Shown here: positions 10,117 through 18,938 of the stretch, piece by piece | Layout: each line of letters starts with the position of its first letter | Position numbering within the stretch: the stretch's first letter is position 1 | IMG/VR virus record: IMGVR_UViG_3300045391_005020 | Source of the DNA: a virus | Taxonomy: Duplodnaviria; Caudoviricetes | Strand: one strand, 5' to 3' | Length of the DNA stretch: 64,000 nucleotides | The notes under the pieces: model-generated | What the model was told of the DNA's origin: nothing | The model's input: only the letters and a program-made list of their open reading frames with translations | The model's database searches: none | Position numbers and translations under genes: made by a program

Positions 10117-12418
10117 TCGGGGTGCCGATGGGCTGTACTGGTTTTACCGGTGCGGTGGCCGGATGACCAGCCTGAACGGGCGCCAGGGCCGGTTTGGGCG
10201 CTTGCGGCGCGACCGGAGTAGCCGGTTTCGCCGGCTTGTCGGGAGCCCAGGTGTAGTTGGGAACCCGTCCTGTGCGGTCATATTTGCCCCACAGGTAATC
10301 CTGAATTGGGCCGCCAGCTTTGGTCGCTTCTTCCTGGGTTGCAGGGTGGAACGATTCGTAGAGCTGCTTGCCGACCGCGCCTTCAGGGTCGCGAACCAAG
10401 TCAGTCCCAAAGTGTTGATCACGATAGTTCAGCGCCTGTTCGACGCTGTTGTCCCAGTCCTGCCTGGTGGCTTTCTGGACGTCGTACGTGGGAACCTTGG
10501 TTAGCCCTTCGACAGCCTTGTGAACTTGGTCGCCGTACACCGGTGAACCGCTTTCGATCCCGAGTTGGTCGAGCGTCTGACGCGCCGCAATTTCCGCGCG
10601 TTGCTTGGCGTACTCGGCCTTTCGGTCCTCGGGCAGGTAACGATAGACGGGGTGCTGTTCCAGCATCTTCATCATCTGCTGATAACCAGCTTCTTGGGCC
10701 TGATTGATCGCGATGGTTCGCATCGCGGCCCGGTATGCGTCGGCATTGTTCGAGCCTTCGTTCGCTGTGCCGTATCGTCCGAGCAACGCGCCTTGACCAG
10801 TTGCATCGCGGCGGCCCTGATCAGCACCTGTGACGGCCTTGGCAGATTCCGTTCCCACACCGAGGAACGGCGCGACGCCAGACCACAGCGTACGACCGAC
10901 TCCGGTCGGCTGGCCTTCGGTTTCGAGGACGCGGTTGTAGACGCGGCGCCACTGCTCGTCTCGCACCGGGTCGGTGCCGTTGATCGCCATGCTGCCCAGC
11001 TCGCCGAGCGATTGAGCACCGGAAGCGAGTGTACCGATAATGGCCGTGTTCCGGAGCGCGTTCACGGCCTTTCCTGCGCCAGTGACTGCGGGCGCGACCG
11101 GGCCGATCAATCTACCTGGTAGGGTACGTGAGATGTTCGCGTTGATCGGATTCGTTAAGCCGCTCCATGGTAGCTTGAGACTGTTGACGGTACCGCGGAG
11201 TCCGCGCTGCAGCAAATTGCCGGACGGAGAGAGGGATTCGGTCGTCATTCCGGTCGGAGAGAGCCGACGCAGGAATTCTCCCGTGCCCATAAATTGTCCG
11301 ACCATCGACGCCGAGTTGTTGGCGTCATTGAGCAAAGCGAGTTGTCGCTCCGGTTTGGAGAAGTCGTGATTCTTGAGTCCTTCCCAGGTATCGGCCGCCA
11401 GGGGCAACATGGTCGCAGCAGTCGTGCCCCAGGCGCCGAACCCTTTCGGATTCAAACGATATGGGATGCTCGACGCCACATTACTCGGAACCTGGGACAG
11501 GCTCAGGATCTCGCGGCGCGCAGTGTCGTTTCCGACTACGTTCTGCGGCTGCGTGGCATGGAAGGATTTCAGTTCTTGCCCAACGCTCTGAGCTTCGGGT
11601 GAGTCAGGGCCGTGCTCGGCAACCATCTTTTGATAATTCGCCTGCAGTTCTGCCAGACGTGAATTGCTCTGCAGGCTAGCTGCGTCTTCGGGTTGCAGCT
11701 CACTCGAGTTCCGGTTTGGCAGACGTGCAGCGACGATTGGAGTTACGTTAGATGCAGCGGCGTTGATGGCGCCGCGTGCTAGGCCAGCAAAACGTCCAAC
11801 CCCAGGAATCATGTTGGCAAGTCCGGCTCCGATCGCGGTTACTGGAGCGTCGGTCAGACGGCCGGCGATCGTAGCATTTTCGGCAGAGGGGCTGGATCCC
11901 TGAAGGTGCGCTTGATCGGCGGCGGGTTGGTAGCCGCTTCGACGCAGAACGTGTTCTTGGTTGATCTCGTTGCTGAGATCACGCGCACGCGTGTTCGCCA
12001 GACCGCCGTGACCCTCGGCGGCGCGCGTGTCGGACTCCATCCGGTTCTGCGCCCACGACTTCATGTTCGGATCCGACATGTAGAGCTTGGTCGATTTGAG
12101 AAGCTCGCCTTCGAGTTGCGCTGGATCCAAATCCGACCAGTCGCGATTATTCGCGAGGTAGCTGAGGGTCCACTGGGCCAATGGATCTTTGGTCTTCTGG
12201 AGTGCGGCCTGGAGGGCGGCCTCCATGGACGGGTCGATCGCAAGCTTCTCGAGCGCGTCGACGTACGAACGAGCCCAAGCGACTTTCTGTTTATCGAAGT
12301 CGATCTTGTTCTGCTTGTGCTCTTCGGTGCCCGCGAGATTGACGGTCGGGTAGTGATCCTTCTTGCCGCGCAAATGGAACGAGCGCGGCCGAGTGACCCG
12401 AATGGCCTTCTTGGCCAC
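10103..12418 (-). CDS. Large Ala/Gly-rich protein, putative internal/ejected virion protein
   Basis: 771 aa ORF between the portal-like and RNAP genes, with no recognisable enzyme motif. Confidence 0.55.
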   Translation of the reverse strand: MAKKAIRVTRPRSFHLRGKKDHYPTVNLAGTEEHKQNKIDFDKQKVAWARSYVDALEKLAIDPSMEAALQAALQKTKDPLAQWTLSYLANNRDWSDLDPAQLEGELLKSTKLYMSDPNMKSWAQNRMESDTRAAEGHGGLANTRARDLSNEINQEHVLRRSGYQPAADQAHLQGSSPSAENATIAGRLTDAPVTAIGAGLANMIPGVGRFAGLARGAINAAASNVTPIVAARLPNRNSSELQPEDAASLQSNSRLAELQANYQKMVAEHGPDSPEAQSVGQELKSFHATQPQNVVGNDTARREILSLSQVPSNVASSIPYRLNPKGFGAWGTTAATMLPLAADTWEGLKNHDFSKPERQLALLNDANNSASMVGQFMGTGEFLRRLSPTGMTTESLSPSGNLLQRGLRGTVNSLKLPWSGLTNPINANISRTLPGRLIGPVAPAVTGAGKAVNALRNTAIIGTLASGAQSLGELGSMAINGTDPVRDEQWRRVYNRVLETEGQPTGVGRTLWSGVAPFLGVGTESAKAVTGADQGRRDATGQGALLGRYGTANEGSNNADAYRAAMRTIAINQAQEAGYQQMMKMLEQHPVYRYLPEDRKAEYAKQRAEIAARQTLDQLGIESGSPVYGDQVHKAVEGLTKVPTYDVQKATRQDWDNSVEQALNYRDQHFGTDLVRDPEGAVGKQLYESFHPATQEEATKAGGPIQDYLWGKYDRTGRVPNYTWAPDKPAKPATPVAPQAPKPALAPVQAGHPATAPVKPVQPIGTPNVHP

Positions 12419-12420
12419 GA

Positions 12421-12750
12421 TTACGCCAGACGCGGTTGCGGCTTCTGCTTCTTACGCAGCAGGTGGGAGAGAAGGAGACCGGCGCCAAGGCCGGCGGCGC
12501 CGATGCCCGCCATCTGGTGCGAGGTGTCCCACTTGCGCGGGTCAAGGCTGTTGAAGCCCTTCATGTAGTTGACGCCTTGATCGACGTACGGCTTGGCCGC
12601 GTCGAGGGCCTGATGCCCGAGGGCCAGGCCCTTGTCGGTCATGCTCGGCTCAACCGCCGGAGCCGGGGCAGGCGCTGCGGCCGGAACAGGAGCCGGGATT
12701 TCGGCATGCTTGGTCAGCAGAGTGGACAGGACTTTACGTGCATCGGCCAT
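12421..12750 (-). CDS. Small protein with C-terminal hydrophobic helix
   Basis: GIGAAGLGAGLLL followed by a basic tail. Confidence 0.55.
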   Translation of the reverse strand: MADARKVLSTLLTKHAEIPAPVPAAAPAPAPAVEPSMTDKGLALGHQALDAAKPYVDQGVNYMKGFNSLDPRKWDTSHQMAGIGAAGLGAGLLLSHLLRKKQKPQPRLA

Positions 12751-12775
12751 GACAGAACCTCGTGATCAGTCAATA

Positions 12776-14623
12776 CTATTGGGCAGGAGGCGCTCCGCCA
12801 GCTGGCGGCGACGCCAGCATTTGCTGCTGACCCTGTGAGGCGGCCTGACCCCGGAGTTTTTCCATTTTGGAGGTGACCAGGGCATGCAGGTCCGGGCTCG
12901 ACTCGCGGATCGCTTTAAGCTGCTGCTTGCGATCGTATTCGGGCATCGAGACCAACTGACCCGCGATCTGGTCAGCCTGCTCGGACATACCGCGCAGGGT
13001 CGCGTCGCCCTGTCCGCCACCTGAGCCTGGGAGTCCGCCCATTCCGCCAGCCATGCCGGCGGCCTGGCCTCCGGCAGCTCCACCACCCTGGGCCGCTTGG
13101 GCCATCTGGGACGGGGTTGGGGCGCCGGCGAGAGCGCTGACCGCGCCCATTTCCTGGTCCTTCTGCTGCTGCTCTTCGTGCTCGCGTTGGACCTTCTGGA
13201 CGTGGTCCTGGTGCTTGAAGACCTTCTCGACTTCCTTCTCGGCGTCGACGCCGAAGGGTTCGAGGGCCGTCTGGGGAGAAATCTGGTTGGCAGCCATGAG
13301 CTGAGCCAGGACCTGCTTGCGAGCTTCGTCGTACGCGATCGTGGTGCGCTGCATCACGACGTTGGTTTCTTCGAGCCCGAAGTTGCGGGCCGTGACCTTG
13401 ACGATCCAGGCCAGGATCTGGTTGTAGAGAGCCGGGATCGACTGCCACGCGATCTCGAAGAGCTGCAACGCCATCGGGGCGGCCTGGGTGGTCAGCGACA
13501 TCGAGTGGTACTCGAGCGGGATACCGCATTGGTTCAGGAACTCTTGCTGACGGAACTTCAGCTTGTCGGCCGGCAGTAGGTTCTCGCCTTCGCCGCCCGC
13601 GAACTGGTAGTTCAGCGGATACGGAACTGTATGGATCGTGGTCGGATCCGAGCGGTGCGTCTTGATGATCTCGTTGACGCGACCGACGAAATTCTCCATC
13701 GAGTGCGTGATCATCGGATCACCGCCGCCGGGCGTTTGGGCCGGCGACAACATGCGCATGCCCAGCGTGTAATCCATCGCGATCGCCTGATCGGCGCGGT
13801 TGATGATCTGGGACAACCATGCGGCGCGGAAATTCGCGATCGAACGCGGAATACCCCAACCGCGCGTCTCCATGCCGGAGATGACGGTTTCGTCGAGATG
13901 GAAGATGTGCTCTTCGTCGAATTTCAGATCACCGTTGAGCGCGACCGCTTCCAGAATCTTGAGTGGAGTATCTTCGATGAAGATCGGGGCTTTCGACAGG
14001 ATGTCGCGGCGATCCGTCTGCGGGATCTTCCAGTAGATGTCCTTGCGCTGGCTGAACGGGTTCATCGCCAGCTGGACACTGAACGGGCTGTAGCGTTTCA
14101 ACCGGACCTTCGAGATATCCGGATCCTTGCGGTCCTTACACAGGAACGGACGAGAGTCGCCGCAGTGCGGGCAGTTGCGCCGGCGCTTCCACGTAACGCC
14201 TATGGTGGCGTCAAAGTCGATATCGTAGGGGGCGCGATTGATCGGCTCTTCGAAGCCGCAACCGCGACACACCATGGTGCGCTTGAACGGCAGGTAGAGG
14301 CTGACGAACAGATTGCCGTAGCACAGAAAATCATCAGCGCAGGCCTTGAGCTCGCGCCGGTAGTTCAGGTGCTTGAGGAACAGATCCTCGTAAGCGTTCT
14401 CTTCGTCGGTGTCGAGATCCGGAAACTGGACCGTGGTGATGAAATGATCGGCAACGCGCTGGAAGGCAGCCTTGAAGTTACCGTCGCTGAGCCACAGGTA
14501 CTGGGCCCACCAGAGAATCAGTTCGTGGTTATCCGGGACCGCGGTCGAACCATAGTCGAGCCACGGGAGCTCGACTGGCTTGCTCCCGGGGGAACGGACC
14601 AGGGACGGCGCTAACGTCGACAT
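12776..14623 (-). CDS. Probable portal protein with inserted Zn ribbon
   Basis: 615 aa with portal-like GWGIP...AIAMDY segment, CRGC...CPHC pair and Q/G-rich tail. Lies in the structural gene block. Confidence 0.55.
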   Translation of the reverse strand: MSTLAPSLVRSPGSKPVELPWLDYGSTAVPDNHELILWWAQYLWLSDGNFKAAFQRVADHFITTVQFPDLDTDEENAYEDLFLKHLNYRRELKACADDFLCYGNLFVSLYLPFKRTMVCRGCGFEEPINRAPYDIDFDATIGVTWKRRRNCPHCGDSRPFLCKDRKDPDISKVRLKRYSPFSVQLAMNPFSQRKDIYWKIPQTDRRDILSKAPIFIEDTPLKILEAVALNGDLKFDEEHIFHLDETVISGMETRGWGIPRSIANFRAAWLSQIINRADQAIAMDYTLGMRMLSPAQTPGGGDPMITHSMENFVGRVNEIIKTHRSDPTTIHTVPYPLNYQFAGGEGENLLPADKLKFRQQEFLNQCGIPLEYHSMSLTTQAAPMALQLFEIAWQSIPALYNQILAWIVKVTARNFGLEETNVVMQRTTIAYDEARKQVLAQLMAANQISPQTALEPFGVDAEKEVEKVFKHQDHVQKVQREHEEQQQKDQEMGAVSALAGAPTPSQMAQAAQGGGAAGGQAAGMAGGMGGLPGSGGGQGDATLRGMSEQADQIAGQLVSMPEYDRKQQLKAIRESSPDLHALVTSKMEKLRGQAASQGQQQMLASPPAGGAPPAQ

Positions 14624-14806
14624 ATCGTTATGGTACTGCTAAATCGTTGTGTTGGTAGCAATAGGGTTGACTACCCGTTAAAAACTGTCGTATTTCAGAG
14701 ACTGACCTGGTGTCACGCCCCGGGATGACCGCGAAGACGCGGCTTCCGATCCGGACCACCTGGGCTTTGGACCCAAGTTCCGGAGCTGGCTGGCATTTAC
14801 CTGATG

Positions 14807-15550
14807 TCATTCCAGATCCTGCTGACTGACTTTGACCAGCACGACCCACAGGATGCCGCGGCACTCGAAGGTCCACTCGCCTGAAAGGACCCGGTACTGA
14901 TTGACCTCATCGGTCTTGGGGTCGGTGATCTTGACGTAGAACTCGGCATCGATGTCGGCCTGGGGTGGCTCAACGATCGCCGAGGCGTTGTCGGTGCTGT
15001 ATCCGATCGCGATCACCGATTCGCTGACAACGACTTCCTGACAGTAGGCCGTGATCTTCCCGAACGTCTTGCCGACGAACTGGACCTTGGTCGGCTTCTG
15101 GGCCGATACGGGTTTCACGACCTCTGGTTCGACCACAGGCTTGAGGGCCTTGGCCTTCTTGGCGACTTTCTCGATCACGGTCTGAAGCGACTCTGGCTTT
15201 TCCTCGGGCTCCTGCGGGATCAGGGTCGAGCGCGGCGCTTGCATGGTGTCGTTCGAAGTGGGGCGCGGCGCGAAGTTGTCACCCGGCTGAATTTTGGCGC
15301 TGGAGTGGATCGACGACATGCCACTCAATCCGGTCTCCTCGAGAGGACCCGGCATGATTCCGGTATCGGTGACGTCGACGCGTTGCACCATAATCGGCGA
15401 ATTGCGTTCGACGATGTTTGCGCGGGTCTTCTGGGTTTGATCCTGGTCGTCGGCCCGTTTGGCGCGTGCTCGGTCGCTTAGGACCGGGCTGCGCAGGTTG
15501 GACATTCCAGCGTAATTTTCTGTTGAGGCCTTGGGGTTCTGCTCGGCCAT
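14807..15550 (-). CDS. Hypothetical protein (247 aa)
   Basis: Disordered N-terminus and beta-rich C-terminal domain, with a TTGACT-containing promoter upstream. Confidence 0.6.
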   Translation of the reverse strand: MAEQNPKASTENYAGMSNLRSPVLSDRARAKRADDQDQTQKTRANIVERNSPIMVQRVDVTDTGIMPGPLEETGLSGMSSIHSSAKIQPGDNFAPRPTSNDTMQAPRSTLIPQEPEEKPESLQTVIEKVAKKAKALKPVVEPEVVKPVSAQKPTKVQFVGKTFGKITAYCQEVVVSESVIAIGYSTDNASAIVEPPQADIDAEFYVKITDPKTDEVNQYRVLSGEWTFECRGILWVVLVKVSQQDLE

Positions 15551-15605
15551 GCCGACACTCCGGACCCCCAGAATGACAGATTATTACGCCGAGTCAAATC
15601 TATTG

Positions 15606-18359
15606 TCACGCACTCAATATGGCCGAAACCGGGGCTGGCGTCGGCGCATTTGCGGCCTGTGCAGCGGCCAGGGCTTTCAGGCGCTTGCGGTGCGCACGCA
15701 GGATCACGCGGGCGCGGGCGCGATCGAGATCGCGATAGGGGGCGTTCTGCTTGAGCCCCATCGATCCGTACATTTGTTTGAGGACCTGATCAGGATCCTG
15801 CCAGGACGCGCCCTCGGGGAGCGCCAGATCTGCCGGGGCTTCGGCGGTGTTGAAGCTGAGATTGTAACCGTGCGCGCCGGGTTCGGCGACGCCTTCGGGC
15901 GGAACGTATCGGAGTGATGGCTCGTATGGGGCAGCCGTACCGTTGATTCCCTGCAAGGTCGGGAACCGGAAGCGGCGGTCCTTATCGGGACCGACCAAGA
16001 CTTTGCCTTCCGCATTGAAGTAAAGGTTTTCGGGGCGATCCAGATACGAAAGCGCGTCAGCGGTCTTCTCAGTCGGCTTCTCGATTCGGAGCAGCTTGGT
16101 GACGTGTTGAACAGTATTGGCGGGATCGCGGAAGAATTCGTCGACGTGATGGAATGGAATTCCCGCTGCCTCGGCGGCCTTGCCGTCGTGGTCGTGGGAG
16201 TCTCCGACCATGATGGTGCGCTTCGGATCCAGCCCGAACCGCTTCATTGCGAAGTGGAGCATGGTGGGCGCTGGCTTCAGGACGGATTCGTGCGGCACCG
16301 GCGTGTAAACCACGTCGTCGATGTGCCCGTCCATGAGACCGAGCGTCTCATGCTGGAGTTGGTGAACCATGTCGGGCGTAAGGCCCTTATGTGCACTATC
16401 GGCGTGAGTACTGTGATTCGTCACGCCGATGATGCGCAGTCCTGCAGCCTTCAACGGCTGCAGGGTTTCCTTTCGGTTCGGTAAAATGAACTGACTACCG
16501 ATATTTCGGTAACGACCATCCTCACTCCAGTCTCGTACGGTTCCGTCGAGATCGATTAGCACTGCGGGATCACTGCCCTGCAGGTCTGGCTCGTCTTCAG
16601 CCATTATCGTGGTGCGCGGCCCAGCAGTGATCTGGGCTTTTTCGCCGCGTGCAGCTTCCTCGGCGGGCGAACCCGCTCCGGTCTGCGATGCGACCTTGGC
16701 CAACGACGCATGAACGAGACACAGGCTACGTAGCCTGACATTCTCGTTCACCGCGGCGAGCTTCACGGGTTCCGTGTTGCCCTCCTCGGCGTTCTTTTCC
16801 GCCGCAACGATGCACTCCAGGCGCCGCGCGTTGGCCTCGCGTGCCCAAGCTTGTGCATCATCGTCTATGAGGGATTCCAGGAACTTCTTCGCTTCCGCGA
16901 ATCCGATCCGTTTGAATCCCTCGTTGTCGTCGTGCGTGGTGCCGAGCTCTCCCCCGTCAAGGGCACGGAAGAAGTGTGTGCGCTCGCCATCATACCCGTC
17001 GACCAGCTCTTTGCCTTTCGGCCAAACTGCCTCGACCACGCCAGCTGAGGCGAGGTTGAGTAATTTCCTATCTGCTTCCTCAACGGCTTCCCGGTACACT
17101 GCGCCTTCCGGAGTTTCGCCGTCGTCAATTCCACCACCAGGCATCAAGAGATATCCGTCTTTCTTGATGCCCAAAATTCCCTTGTCGTCGTAGATCACGA
17201 CTTCGCTGCGCGTGCGCAGCTTCGCCGCTTTCGCGGCCTGCTTGGTATCCGGTTCGACGCCCCACTCTTTCATGAGTGCGAGTGCCTGATCTTCCGTTTC
17301 GGTCTTACGACGCGCCATGTTCTGCAGGCGCTGTGTGTAGTTCAGCGCTTTAGTCGTCGCGTTGCGGGCGAGTTCGTGCTTGGCGGCCGTGACGATTGTC
17401 TGTGCGTGTTCGACGGCTGATTTCACGATCCGTCCGAGGCTGTAGCGATCTGGCGCTCCGCCCATTCCGGTCATGAGTTTCCGGTTGGAAGCCTTTCGGG
17501 GGTTTCCACCGGTCTGGGTTTGATGCTCGGGAACGTTTGTGGTTGGCCATGGATCCTTGGGATCTTCGGGTTTGCGGTCGACCGGCATTGTCTTGCAACC
17601 AGCCAGCTTGCCGTGACCAGACATCAGGGACTCGATCAGTTTCTTTTTGCGCGAGCGCTTCCAGAGAACGCCGGCCAAGAGCCCAACGGCGCCTCCGGCC
17701 GCAATACCAGCCAAGCCCCAGCGGCCCGCGTTTACCATCTGGGCGCGGTCGACGTTGAAGCCGAGCGGCATCCGGACGTTCTCGCCGCTTGGCGGAACCG
17801 CGCGGATTCCAATCGCGGAACCGAGGATGCCACCGAGTGTGCCCGCGAACTCAGCACCCATCAGGGGAGCGTTGCGGACGATCCCGTAACGGCGGGCTGC
17901 GTCTTCAACATTCTGGTTCTTCAGGCGTTCACGTAGTTGTGGGTTCGCGTTCTTGAGCGTCTGGAGCGCCAGATTGCGGCGACGCTTCTCGGTCAGGATG
18001 TCGACGGCTTCGAGACCGCCCGCGATCGCGCCTCCCCCGAGTGCGCCCATACCGGCGCCCGAGATGACGGCTCCGAGTGGATCGCGCTGCCCGCCGAAGA
18101 TCAGCCCGAACTTGGACCCAACCCCGAGACCACCGAATCGCGCACCCGCAGCCGCGCTCCCAAGGATGCGACCGAGCCGCGAGTGCTGCTGCTCCTGCCG
18201 GATCTTCGCCAACGAGTCGCGAGCTTCGACGATGTCGGCCGCCTGCTCGGTCGTGGGCTCATCCACGAGCGCACGGTTCGGCAGCACATCCTGGACTTTC
18301 TCGAGGGTGTTGACGAGCGGCGTGACGCCGGTCACGAGTGGCGAAATGGCTTCAGCCAT
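15606..18359 (-). CDS. Multidomain protein: Gly-rich membrane segment + Nudix hydrolase + HAD phosphatase + C-terminal degenerate Nudix-like domain
   Basis: Nudix box PGGGIDDGETPEGAVYREAVEEA. HAD motifs DLDGT, VTNH, KPAP and GDSHDHD. Confidence 0.8.
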   Translation of the reverse strand: MAEAISPLVTGVTPLVNTLEKVQDVLPNRALVDEPTTEQAADIVEARDSLAKIRQEQQHSRLGRILGSAAAGARFGGLGVGSKFGLIFGGQRDPLGAVISGAGMGALGGGAIAGGLEAVDILTEKRRRNLALQTLKNANPQLRERLKNQNVEDAARRYGIVRNAPLMGAEFAGTLGGILGSAIGIRAVPPSGENVRMPLGFNVDRAQMVNAGRWGLAGIAAGGAVGLLAGVLWKRSRKKKLIESLMSGHGKLAGCKTMPVDRKPEDPKDPWPTTNVPEHQTQTGGNPRKASNRKLMTGMGGAPDRYSLGRIVKSAVEHAQTIVTAAKHELARNATTKALNYTQRLQNMARRKTETEDQALALMKEWGVEPDTKQAAKAAKLRTRSEVVIYDDKGILGIKKDGYLLMPGGGIDDGETPEGAVYREAVEEADRKLLNLASAGVVEAVWPKGKELVDGYDGERTHFFRALDGGELGTTHDDNEGFKRIGFAEAKKFLESLIDDDAQAWAREANARRLECIVAAEKNAEEGNTEPVKLAAVNENVRLRSLCLVHASLAKVASQTGAGSPAEEAARGEKAQITAGPRTTIMAEDEPDLQGSDPAVLIDLDGTVRDWSEDGRYRNIGSQFILPNRKETLQPLKAAGLRIIGVTNHSTHADSAHKGLTPDMVHQLQHETLGLMDGHIDDVVYTPVPHESVLKPAPTMLHFAMKRFGLDPKRTIMVGDSHDHDGKAAEAAGIPFHHVDEFFRDPANTVQHVTKLLRIEKPTEKTADALSYLDRPENLYFNAEGKVLVGPDKDRRFRFPTLQGINGTAAPYEPSLRYVPPEGVAEPGAHGYNLSFNTAEAPADLALPEGASWQDPDQVLKQMYGSMGLKQNAPYRDLDRARARVILRAHRKRLKALAAAQAANAPTPAPVSAILSA

Positions 18360-18362
18360 GGC

Positions 18363-18872
18363 TTATTTGGACAACGAATTCTTGGCGAGCGTGGAGGCCA
18401 TCTTGGATAGGCGGTTGGCGATCACGGCTTCGCTGTTGGTGAGTGGGTTCTGGGGCGCACCTGGGCGCTGAAGCGGTCCATTCTTCAGGACGTCCTTGGC
18501 GGTCGGCAGCGTCGGGGTCGCGGCCTGTGGCTGCTGCGGGACGCCGTTGGCGGCCGGCACCGGCGCGGTCTGGGTCGGCGCCGCCGGCTGATTGGTCGGC
18601 CGGGTGGGGGCCTGTTGGGCCTGCGGCTGCTGTCCGGCCGGAACGATCTTCGGGACCGGCGGGGCGCCCGGAATGAGCTGCTGGGTCACTTGCTGGACGG
18701 CCTGCTTGTACAGCCTGGCCTTCACCCGATCGCCCATACGAGCGTCGGCCTTCTTCGATAACCGCTCTGGCAGCTTCTTGTTAGGAGTTTCCGACTCCCA
18801 CTCCTTGCAGTTCCAGTTCGGATCCTTGGCTGCGTAGCACGCACGGCGCTGGGCCTGTGACTTGAACGGCAT
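18363..18872 (-). CDS. Hypothetical phage protein with MPFKSQAQRR N-terminus
   Basis: N-terminal motif of a kind seen in phage proteins, followed by a P/Q-rich region. RBS-like ggag upstream. Confidence 0.6.
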   Translation of the reverse strand: MPFKSQAQRRACYAAKDPNWNCKEWESETPNKKLPERLSKKADARMGDRVKARLYKQAVQQVTQQLIPGAPPVPKIVPAGQQPQAQQAPTRPTNQPAAPTQTAPVPAANGVPQQPQAATPTLPTAKDVLKNGPLQRPGAPQNPLTNSEAVIANRLSKMASTLAKNSLSK

Positions 18873-18938
18873 GACGGAACTCCGCTCCTAGCCTAACACT
18901 AGGACAATAAATTTCCATTCCGGACGCCCGGTGAACAA

